Source of the DNA: Planctomycetota bacterium
Lineage (GTDB): Bacteria; Planctomycetota; Phycisphaerae; Sedimentisphaerales; Anaerobacaceae
Length of the DNA: 25,359 nucleotides
Direction: 5' to 3'
NCBI GenBank assembly: GCA_013202635.1
Contig: JABMRO010000264.1
Coordinates: forward strand, 1-25,359
Shown: piece by piece, positions 1-7,401 of the stretch
How positions within the stretch are numbered: the stretch's first letter is position 1
Layout: each line of letters opens with the position of its first letter
Position numbers and translations under genes: made by a program
The notes under the pieces: model-generated
What the model was told of the DNA's origin: nothing
The model's input: the letters and a program-made list of their open reading frames with translations, nothing else
Database searches by the model: none

Positions 1-256
1 CAAACCCAATCAAACCCAATTGCCGAAAGGGTAAAATTGATGCAAAGTGTGTATTTACAAAGGATTATGAAGAAAAATGCGGCTAAGGGCTTTGAAAAAA
101 CAAACCCAAAACAAACCCAATTAAAACCAATTCAAACCCAATTGATTCAAAGGCCAAAAATGATGCAAAGTGTGTATTTACAAAGGATTATGAAGAATAT
201 TGCGAATAGGAGCTAAAAAAAACAAAGCCAAAACAAACCCAATCAAAGCCAATTTC
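1..256. repeat. ~123-bp tandem repeat, at least 2 copies plus a partial one cut by the window edge; A/C-rich with CAAACCCAAT-like submotifs
   Basis: 37-bp core TGATGCAAAGTGTGTATTTACAAAGGATTATGAAGAA is identical at 38-74 and 161-197 (period 123). The rest of each unit is a similar AAACAAA(C/G)CCAAAACAAACCCAAT... tract. Confidence 0.9.
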
Positions 257-287
257 ACCTACCCTGAAGTATGAGTTGGTTTTTCAC

Positions 288-315
288 TTGACTTATGACA
301 GCAGATTGTTAAATT
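288..315 (+). promoter_or_regulatory. Putative sigma70-type promoter for the Gfo/Idh/MocA gene
   Basis: TTGACT (288-293), 16-bp spacer, extended -10 TGtTAAATT (307-315). Confidence 0.5.
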
Positions 316-418
316 GAATAAAAAGTCGGCAGTTGCCTACAAGGCGTAAAAAACTGCCCATATCAATATAAAAAACTAGCTTTTTTATGACTGTTTCAAG
401 ACCAGAGGAGATATTATC

Positions 419-1777
419 ATGTCAATTAACCGTCGCACATTTCTCAAAAGCTCACTAATATCCGGCCTGGCTTTTTCAGCCCCTGCCATACTCAGGGCTC
501 AGAATAACAGAAAATATCGCACCGCACTCATCGGCAGCGGCTGGTGGGGCATGAACATCGGCCGTACCGCAATGCAGTCCGGCCAATGCAAAATGGTCGC
601 TATGTGCGATGCTGACCTCAATCAATTAGAGCCAGCCGCAGCGGAAATTGAAAAGCTAACAGGCGACAAGCCCCGCAAATATCAAGATTTCAGAGAGCTT
701 CTGGACGCCGAGAAAATTGATATTGCCATCGTTGCCACGCCCGACCACTGGCATCCGCTCATTACCATTGCAGCCGTTAAGGCAGGTGCGCACGTTTATG
801 TAGAAAAGCCTATCGGCCATACCATCAAGGAAGGACGGGCAATGGTAAAGGCCGCCCGTGCCGCCGGCAGGGTCGTTCAGGTCGGCACGCATCGGCGAAT
901 CTCGCCCCACAATGTTTCAGGAATGGAATTCCTCAAATCGGGCAAGGCCGGAAAAATCGGTATGGTCAGGGCATTTGTCCATTACGGAGGCGGCCCCGAG
1001 CAACCGAGACCAAATGCAAAAGTTCCTGCCGGTCTGGATTGGGATATGTGGTGCGGGCCCGGGCCGATGAGGCCATTTAACACGAAAATACACCCGAAGG
1101 GCTTCCGTCAGTTCCTCGATTACGGCAACGGCACATTAGGCGACTGGGGCGTACACTGGATGGACCAAATTCTCTGGTGGACTGAGGAAAAATATCCTAA
1201 GCAGGTCTTCTCAACAGGCGGCCGTCCCATCAAAGGCCCGCCGGTAAACGACGAACGAGGCCAGACAACCGACTCCCCCGACCATCAGGTCGCCAGTTTT
1301 GAATTCGAGAACTTCACCGCCGTCTGGGAACATCGACAATTCGCCGGTAACAACGCTGAAAAAGGGGAAACTGTCGGCTGTTACTTCTACGGCACAAAAG
1401 GCACTTTCCACATGGCCTGGCGTGACGGCTGGACCTTCTACCCGTCCGGTAGAGGGCAAAAGGTCATCAATGAAAAACCAAAACTTAATCAGCCCGACAG
1501 CCAGAACATTAAAGAGCTGTGGGCTGATTTTCTAAAAGCTATTCAAACCGGCTCAACCCCCGTATGTGATATCGAGGAAATCCATCGTTCCACAAATATG
1601 AGCCTGCTGGGAATGCTCTCTCTAAAGCTCGGCAGAAGCATCGAATGGGACGGCGAGAAGGAAATAATCGTCGGCGACTATGAGGCCAACAAACTCCTTT
1701 CCCGTAAGTACCGTAAACCCTGGGTCTATCCGGATGAATCCCCGGGAATCCCCCTACTGCGGATTCCTGTAAGGTAA
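419..1777 (+). CDS. Gfo/Idh/MocA family oxidoreductase with twin-arginine (Tat) signal
   Basis: NRRTFLK Tat motif, IGSGWWG dinucleotide-binding loop, ATPDHWH, VYVEKP, DWGVHWMD; GAGGAG RBS upstream. Confidence 0.93.
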   Translation: MSINRRTFLKSSLISGLAFSAPAILRAQNNRKYRTALIGSGWWGMNIGRTAMQSGQCKMVAMCDADLNQLEPAAAEIEKLTGDKPRKYQDFRELLDAEKIDIAIVATPDHWHPLITIAAVKAGAHVYVEKPIGHTIKEGRAMVKAARAAGRVVQVGTHRRISPHNVSGMEFLKSGKAGKIGMVRAFVHYGGGPEQPRPNAKVPAGLDWDMWCGPGPMRPFNTKIHPKGFRQFLDYGNGTLGDWGVHWMDQILWWTEEKYPKQVFSTGGRPIKGPPVNDERGQTTDSPDHQVASFEFENFTAVWEHRQFAGNNAEKGETVGCYFYGTKGTFHMAWRDGWTFYPSGRGQKVINEKPKLNQPDSQNIKELWADFLKAIQTGSTPVCDIEEIHRSTNMSLLGMLSLKLGRSIEWDGEKEIIVGDYEANKLLSRKYRKPWVYPDESPGIPLLRIPVR

Positions 1778-1945
1778 AGAAAGCCCTGCTCTGGATCTAT
1801 CCGGAAATATAATAGCGAAAATGCCGATATAGTAATCATGGAATAAACTATCATTGTAGTCTGCCGTATGAATTGATATAATATTGGGCGTGGTTACGAG
1901 CGATTCAGCGGAACCTGATGTAAGACATATTTGAAAAGTGAATAC

Positions 1946-2301
1946 GGGGGCGAATGGCTTCGACCGGATGATGGACGGACAAGTCGCATGCCCAGGACGC
2001 CGGTTGGCCTGGCTAATCATTCCGGCACCTAATTTTTAAGCGACAACGCACAGTTGCGCATGGCTGCCTAAATTGGCGGCCCGTCCTGCCTGATTTTGCC
2101 TGTGGGTCGGGTAAGGGCGTCACAAAGCAGGCTGGCTGAACCGGTTGTTCGGGCCGGCAAAGCGAGACCTAACCGAAATAGCTGAGCCAGGAGCCTGTCG
2201 TTTTGGCGCCTGGTAAGGTGAAGAAAACAATAAAGCGACTAAGCATGTAGACGCTTGCCTTGAAGCATCTCGGGACGGGGGTTCGAATCCCCCCGCCTCC
2301 A
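1946..2301 (+). ncRNA. ssrA: tmRNA (one-piece); 3' CCA not encoded
   Basis: 5' GGGGGCGAATGGCTTCGAC pairs with 3' CGCCTCCA, giving an Ala-type acceptor stem with G3:U wobble; T-loop GGTTCGAATCC; GCATG...GCATGTAGAC helix; internal tag ORF 2042-2071 (GAC AAC GCA CAG TTG CGC ATG GCT GCC TAA). Confidence 0.97.
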
Positions 2302-2332
2302 TTCGACTCGCTGCGCTCGCTCATGGAAGGCC
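2302..2332 (+). repeat. REP-like GC-rich element ending in AGGCC, left of the GIY-YIG gene
   Basis: TTCGACTCGCTGCGCTCGCTCATGGAAGGCC directly abuts the tmRNA 3' end; contains CTCGCT twice; pairing is imperfect. Confidence 0.45.
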
Positions 2333-2587
2333 ATGATTTTGAAATTCTAATATGTTTATATACTCCACAGTATTGCAGACGCTGGCCGACACTATGTCGG
2401 TATGACCTGCGATATCGAGAAACACCTCAAAATACACAACACCGGAAAGTGTACACATACGGCTAAGTACCGACCCTGTCAAATTGAGACTGCGATTGTT
2501 TTTCGATGCAATGACAAGGCCATTGCGTTTGAGAAGTACCTCAAGTCTCATTCAGGTCACGCATTTGCCAAACGGCATTTTTGGTAG
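2333..2587 (+). pseudogene. Small GIY-YIG nuclease family gene with in-frame TAA at codon 6
   Basis: Frame reads MILKF*YVYILHSIADAGRHYVGMTCDIEKHLKIHNTG...TAKYRPC...AIAFEKYLKS...; YVY/YVG motifs and the C-terminal Glu are present; stop at 2348-2350. Confidence 0.85.
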
Positions 2588-2601
2588 GTACTATGACTTC
2601 T

Positions 2602-2623
2602 CCGAGCTACGACTCGGCAGGCC
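2602..2623 (+). repeat. REP-like hairpin ending in AGGCC, right of the GIY-YIG gene
   Basis: CCGAG-CTACGA-CTCGG stem-loop followed by CAGGCC. Confidence 0.5.
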
Positions 2624-2631
2624 ATTCACTA

Positions 2632-3774
2632 TTAGGGTACACAATTACAACAACCGATAGCGCTTTCCATATTCAAGGCTTTGAAAGTGTCATGTTCCTC
2701 CATACATAATCCAATACGTAACTCGGGTTTGAGCTTTTTGATTTTATCAATGAGATATCTATAAATGTCGATTCTTAGTTTAAGAGGGAACCGAACACGG
2801 CCATCGTTAGACTTCACTTTTTCAAGTCGATTTGAGATAGGATTATTCTTACCAAGTTTTCGTTCGGTAAGTTTGAGTGCTGCGGAGTAACTGCAAATCT
2901 GGCCGAGAGTGATTCGTTTGAGTGGTGTTGATTCCAAAAGATTCCCTATGAAATTGGAGTATATTTTTTGCCAACCTTCGAGAGGAATAATCGGCATAAT
3001 CACAGCACGTATGGGATAACCGGCTTCGACACATTTTTGCATAGCCGTGATTCTTTCGTCGGGTGAGGGTACGTTTTGCTCAAAGGCGGATGAAACTTCC
3101 GGTGGATTCAGACTCCATGAAAGAATCGTATTTTGTTTGTGGTCAAGATCCAGCAGATTCTCAACATTAACACTTTTAGTTAATAAAATTAATCTGGCAT
3201 ATCTTTGTCTGGCGAAAAAGGGGATTATTATGCGGGAATACCCTGTAAGCGAGTCAAGGGCTAAGCCATCCTGGAGCTTTCCTAAATAGAAAGCAGTAGG
3301 TGCGGTTAGCTGTGAAGCAACTCTACCAATCTGATTCAAGATTTCGGGGAGATTTAAAAAGATTTTCACGGTTGGTGAGTATTTAACTCCCGGTGTGCCT
3401 GCTAAGTAGCAATATTGGCAATCGTATGGACAAAAACCGTACGGCGAAAAATGCCAATAGTTCGGGCAGGTATTTCCGTCTTCATCACTATAGCGGAGTG
3501 CACTTTTATGTATACCCAAAACGAGAGTTTTTTTCCCAGCATAATGGAGTTCTAAATGGTCAGGGCTATCGAGCTGGACACGATTGTGCGGCCGGTCTAA
3601 TTTTTCGATAATCCGGGCTTTGGGATATACACTGCAAATCGCTTCTGCCAGATTGCATTGTTGCGGGGTTTGATAACTACCCCTGGTTATTATAATTGTG
3701 TCTGGATTGAAGTATGGAGCCGGCACTGGTTGATAACCTGGACCGAATTTTTCAAATAAAGACATATCAATCAT
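2632..3774 (-). CDS. Spore photoproduct lyase (SplB)-like radical SAM protein
   Basis: CPYDCQYC [4Fe-4S] motif, GKLQDGLALD, LLTKS, SWSLNP. Start placed at ATG 3774 (AGGA 7 nt upstream) rather than TTG 3867, which lies only a few nt from the predicted transcription start. Confidence 0.8.
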   Translation of the reverse strand: MIDMSLFEKFGPGYQPVPAPYFNPDTIIITRGSYQTPQQCNLAEAICSVYPKARIIEKLDRPHNRVQLDSPDHLELHYAGKKTLVLGIHKSALRYSDEDGNTCPNYWHFSPYGFCPYDCQYCYLAGTPGVKYSPTVKIFLNLPEILNQIGRVASQLTAPTAFYLGKLQDGLALDSLTGYSRIIIPFFARQRYARLILLTKSVNVENLLDLDHKQNTILSWSLNPPEVSSAFEQNVPSPDERITAMQKCVEAGYPIRAVIMPIIPLEGWQKIYSNFIGNLLESTPLKRITLGQICSYSAALKLTERKLGKNNPISNRLEKVKSNDGRVRFPLKLRIDIYRYLIDKIKKLKPELRIGLCMEEHDTFKALNMESAIGCCNCVP

Positions 3775-3878
3775 AATCGGTTCCTGGGCTTTGATTCGTA
3801 TGTGAAGGCTTGAGATGATTTGTTGGTCGATGCCATTTGTGTGTTTAATTAACCATATATCCCGCAACTTAGGCTGGT

Positions 3879-3907
3879 ATTATATTCTATTTTGCCGTAG
3901 ATGTCAA
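3879..3907 (-). promoter_or_regulatory. Perfect-consensus sigma70 promoter driving the SPL-like gene
   Basis: Minus strand TTGACA (3907-3902), 17 bp, TATAAT (3884-3879). Confidence 0.8.
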
Positions 3908-4051
3908 GAACATACGGTCATAATTTCGCCACCATATTTAACGAAAACAGGGAATTTTCAGTGTATATTACTCGTACGTTCAGATTTTTAAGACTGAAAA
4001 AATGGCTGGAGAATATCAATTTTTTGGCAGTAAAATAAAAATTAATAATGT

Positions 4052-4080
4052 TTGATTGTTGTCACGTCATATGTTAAAAT
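4052..4080 (+). promoter_or_regulatory. Putative sigma70 promoter for the small basic protein
   Basis: TTGATT (4052-4057), 17 bp, extended -10 TGtTAAAAT (-10 at 4075-4080). Confidence 0.6.
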
Positions 4081-4134
4081 TTCCTAAAGCGGGTTGCAAA
4101 CCACAGATCCGGTTAATGTAAAAGGAGTCATATC

Positions 4135-4347
4135 ATGGCCAAAAAGAAAAGGAAGAAAAGAAAAAAGCTCATCAGGGGTTTATGGTCGAGGAGCGAACTG
4201 GCTCTACTTAAGAAACTTTTCCCGAAAAATCCGACAGCCAAAATAGCCAAGGAACTCGGCCGGCCAAATGATGCGGTAAAAAAGAAGGCATCCAGAATGG
4301 GACTTCGCAAGTCGAAGAGATACCTAAAAACCCTCGGCAGAGCGTAA
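4135..4347 (+). CDS. 70-aa highly basic protein with a Myb/SANT-like helix-turn-helix
   Basis: AAAGGAG RBS at 4121-4127; WSxxE-L-LL...IAKELGR...V..KA.R.GL pattern; 27 K/R versus 3 D/E. Confidence 0.8.
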   Translation: MAKKKRKKRKKLIRGLWSRSELALLKKLFPKNPTAKIAKELGRPNDAVKKKASRMGLRKSKRYLKTLGRA

Positions 4348-4601
4348 ACTCCAAAAGCCTTCTTTTTTAGAAACAAACGGGGATATAGTCATCTATCTTT
4401 GCACTGAGACTCTACAAACGCCGAACACCATAAACACTGGAAGATTGCCAACAGGCTTTTCAGTTGTTTCACTTATTTGTTGGCCGGGTATGGGCCTTTG
4501 CGCTAATAGTGTTTAAATTATAAAGTCACTTGCAGCTTTTCGCCCCTTAATCTTCCCTTGTCATATCAGTATATCCACTCTCAAATCCTTCAGCTATTGA
4601 T

Positions 4602-4630
4602 TTGACTAAAGCATTGTTTTTTGTTATAGT
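4602..4630 (+). promoter_or_regulatory. Putative sigma70 promoter for the second Gfo/Idh/MocA gene
   Basis: TTGACT (4602-4607), 17 bp, extended -10 TGtTATAGT (-10 at 4625-4630). Confidence 0.7.
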
Positions 4631-4707
4631 TCTTCCAGTACCCACACAGCTCAAAGACAGCAGTCATGTTTTGTAAACCAGTCAGTTATAATAACAGGAG
4701 CTTAAAG

Positions 4708-6189
4708 ATGAAACATGTTACACGCCGAGATTTTATGAAAAGTTCGATGGCCGCCGGTCTTTCTCTTGCGCTGCCGTTTTCCCGTGTTAGGGGTGCGAAT
4801 GACGATATTCGGGCAGCCGTGGTGGGCTTTCGTGGTCACGGCAGGACCCACATTAACGCGTATTTAAAAATACCCGGCGTTCGGGTCGTGGCGCTTTGCG
4901 ATGCAGACAAAGATATTCTGGCTCGCGGGGTTAAGGAATCCAAGGCCCGCAACCAGAAAGTTGATGCCTATAGCGATGTACGTAAGCTCTTGGAGAATAA
5001 AGACATAGACGTTGTTTCGACTGCAACGCCTAATCACTGGCATGCGCTTGTAACCGTCTGGTCGTGCCAGGCCGGTAAGGATGTCTGCGTCGAAAAGCCG
5101 GTTTCACATAATATCTTCGAAGGCCGTAAGATGGTTGAGGCCGCACGCAAGTATAATCGCATCGTGCAGGCCGACCTTGATTTGCGTTCCAACGAGGGAC
5201 TGACTGAGGCGGTCAGGTACATCCAGCAGGGACAACTCGGCAATATCGTTGTTGTACGGGGCTTTTGCTATAAGCGACGAAGCAGTATGGGAAAGGTCTC
5301 AGGGCCGCAGAAGGTTCCTGAGTCGGTCGATTATAATTTGTGGTGCGGTCCGGCCCCGTTTGGACCATTGATGCGCAAAAATCTTCACTATGACTGGCAC
5401 TGGGTATGGGCTACCGGCTGCGGCGAAATAGGTAACAACGGCCCACATCAACTGGATGTATGTCGCTGGGTTTTGGGTCAGAGCAAATTGCCCAAGCGGG
5501 TAATGAGCATCGGAGGACGATTCGGATACGAAGATGATGGCCAGACACCGAATACCCAGATAGCTATTTTTGACTATGAGCCTGCTCCGATAATATATGA
5601 GGTACGAGGCCTGCCAGCCATGAAAGGTGATTCGAATATGGACATCTACCGCGCGGTCAGCACTTCCGGCGTTGTTATGCGAAGCGGCCGCCCGAGCCCC
5701 TCGCCCAACACCGGTGTGGTGGTTCAATGTCAGGATGGTTACGTTGATCTGACGGGCCTGGCAGCCTACAATAATAACGGAGAAGAAATCAAACGTTTCA
5801 AATCGAGCAGCCCCGGGCCGCAGGCCAGCTTCATCAAAGCAGTGCGCAGCCGAAAAATCGCTGATATCAGGACTGATATCCTCGAAGGACACCTTTCTAC
5901 CTCTCTCTGTCATATGGGAAATATTTCCTATCGAATAGGTACAGAATCCCCAAACGAGCAAATCAGAGAAGTAATTCGAGGCGATAAAGATACCCTTGAA
6001 GCTTTCGAGCGTTTTCAGGACCATCTTTCAGCTAATGGAGTGAACCTTAATAAGGCACCGGCTGTACTTGGCCCCTGGCTCAGGATGAATTCGAAAAAGG
6101 AAAGATTCTTCGGTAAGTTCTCAAGACGGGCGAATAAACTTTTGACAAGAGACTATCGAAAACCATTCATCGTGCCGGAGCAAGTCTGA
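4708..6189 (+). CDS. Gfo/Idh/MocA family oxidoreductase with Tat signal
   Basis: Start moved to ATG 4708 (ACAGGAG RBS); TRRDFMK Tat motif, VGFRGHG, ATPNHWH, VCVEKP, GNNGPHQLD. Confidence 0.92.
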   Translation: MKHVTRRDFMKSSMAAGLSLALPFSRVRGANDDIRAAVVGFRGHGRTHINAYLKIPGVRVVALCDADKDILARGVKESKARNQKVDAYSDVRKLLENKDIDVVSTATPNHWHALVTVWSCQAGKDVCVEKPVSHNIFEGRKMVEAARKYNRIVQADLDLRSNEGLTEAVRYIQQGQLGNIVVVRGFCYKRRSSMGKVSGPQKVPESVDYNLWCGPAPFGPLMRKNLHYDWHWVWATGCGEIGNNGPHQLDVCRWVLGQSKLPKRVMSIGGRFGYEDDGQTPNTQIAIFDYEPAPIIYEVRGLPAMKGDSNMDIYRAVSTSGVVMRSGRPSPSPNTGVVVQCQDGYVDLTGLAAYNNNGEEIKRFKSSSPGPQASFIKAVRSRKIADIRTDILEGHLSTSLCHMGNISYRIGTESPNEQIREVIRGDKDTLEAFERFQDHLSANGVNLNKAPAVLGPWLRMNSKKERFFGKFSRRANKLLTRDYRKPFIVPEQV

Positions 6190-6706
6190 TTAGAGTTGCC
6201 AGGGCATAATGCTTAATCATATTAAACTCTCTGTGTATCAGGTGGCATAGAACAAACAGATAGCCGTTACCGGTCTGCAAGGCTGGTAGTTAGATTACCT
6301 AATAAAAAACGCTTATATTTACCGATATATAACATACTTCATTTGTCGATATATATATAACTATCTCTCTAATACATATTATTTTTATTTCTTCATATTT
6401 TTTTCTTATCCTATCGCCCTACCGAACATCAAATTACAAACTGTAACATGATCTATGCGAAGCTAAGTCGAAGTTGCCAAGCTCGCGTCAGACTTTATCT
6501 ACTATGGCTGGATTCTTTTTTAACACCCCCCCCGGGTTTGCTCGGAATGATGATTGTCCTCATCGATATCATCCTTTAATTTCACTTGCGAAGAACCAAT
6601 AGGCTATTTTCTATGTTCATTTTGATTTTAGTTTCCTGAATTTATATTTTCGTTCTTTTTCTTCAGCCACACTGTATTATTTACATTTTTTTGTATTATT
6701 TAACTA

Positions 6707-6722
6707 TGTTTCACGTGAAACA
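6707..6722. promoter_or_regulatory. parS: parS centromere site (perfect palindrome)
   Basis: TGTTTCACGTGAAACA matches the canonical chromosomal parS consensus; parB lies downstream. Confidence 0.92.
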
Positions 6723-7231
6723 TTCCACATCGATAAACCTGTACCTTCTATCAAAAAATCAAGTCAAATATTACAAACGTTTATCTTGAATATGTCTATT
6801 TGAAGTTTTCAAATCATATTGTGTAACGAATTGCTCCTTCGTAGCCCTGGTCTTAGAATAAGTGCTTTAGCAAAGGATTAAATAAGGATGAAACTTTGAG
6901 CATTAAACTTTACTTTGCAGGGCCGCAATCGCCCTATCAGTAATTCGATATTCAAGAGTATGAATATTCTACATTAGAATCACAGATCCATCCAATCGAT
7001 TACATCATATAAACATTAAAGTATAACATGCTAACTAACCAATTTTACCTGGTCTTATGGATAATTTTTTCTTGTTATTTTAATAAACGTATAGATCTTA
7101 ACATAGCGATAGATAAGCAAAGCCAGCCAATTCTTAAAAAAACGTTTTCCTGTTTCTTACTCGTTATGATTTTCCATTTTATAATTCTTTATGTTTTCAC
7201 AAAGTTTTTTTTGCTTCCACTATTATATCAT

Positions 7232-7247
7232 TGTTTCACGTGAAACT
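7232..7247. promoter_or_regulatory. parS: parS centromere site (15/16)
   Basis: TGTTTCACGTGAAACT, 154 bp upstream of the parB start. Confidence 0.88.
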
Positions 7248-7401
7248 TTTTTTTATTAAATACTATTTTTTTGTCTGGCAAAGCTATAGATTTTCCGTTA
7301 AAAATTCCGAAATATTATTTGTATCTATTTGTAAACGTTAGCTGAGTTAGAGCGATAAATCAAAAAGGATTCCTAAACATGTTTTATGAAGGAGCATTTA
7401 T

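Noticed and set aside
1-256. CRISPR array interpretation of the 37-bp repeats
   Set aside because: The intervening 86-bp segments resemble each other and are too long for spacers; only two cores; no cas genes in the window.
4057-4072. Third parS-like site (TGTTGTCACGTCATAT)
   Set aside because: Only the TCACGT core matches; it is not palindromic and lies within a promoter spacer.
4128-4376. 82-aa minus-strand ORF opposite the small basic protein
   Set aside because: The plus-strand ORF has the promoter, RBS and HTH pattern; the minus frame is its mirror.
5299-6024. 241-aa antisense ORF (likewise 16908-17645, 19781-20608, 24351-24857 and other short overlapping ORFs)
   Set aside because: They lie opposite or within well-supported genes and have no recognisable motifs; typical shadow ORFs.
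7028-7243. 71-aa ORF upstream of parB as a gene or parA remnant
   Set aside because: Composition reflects poly-T/AT-rich DNA, there is no RBS or Walker A motif, and it overlaps a parS site.
6305-7340. Recurring AAACG(T) words as iterons
   Set aside because: Too short and irregularly spaced; a few are expected by chance in AT-rich DNA.
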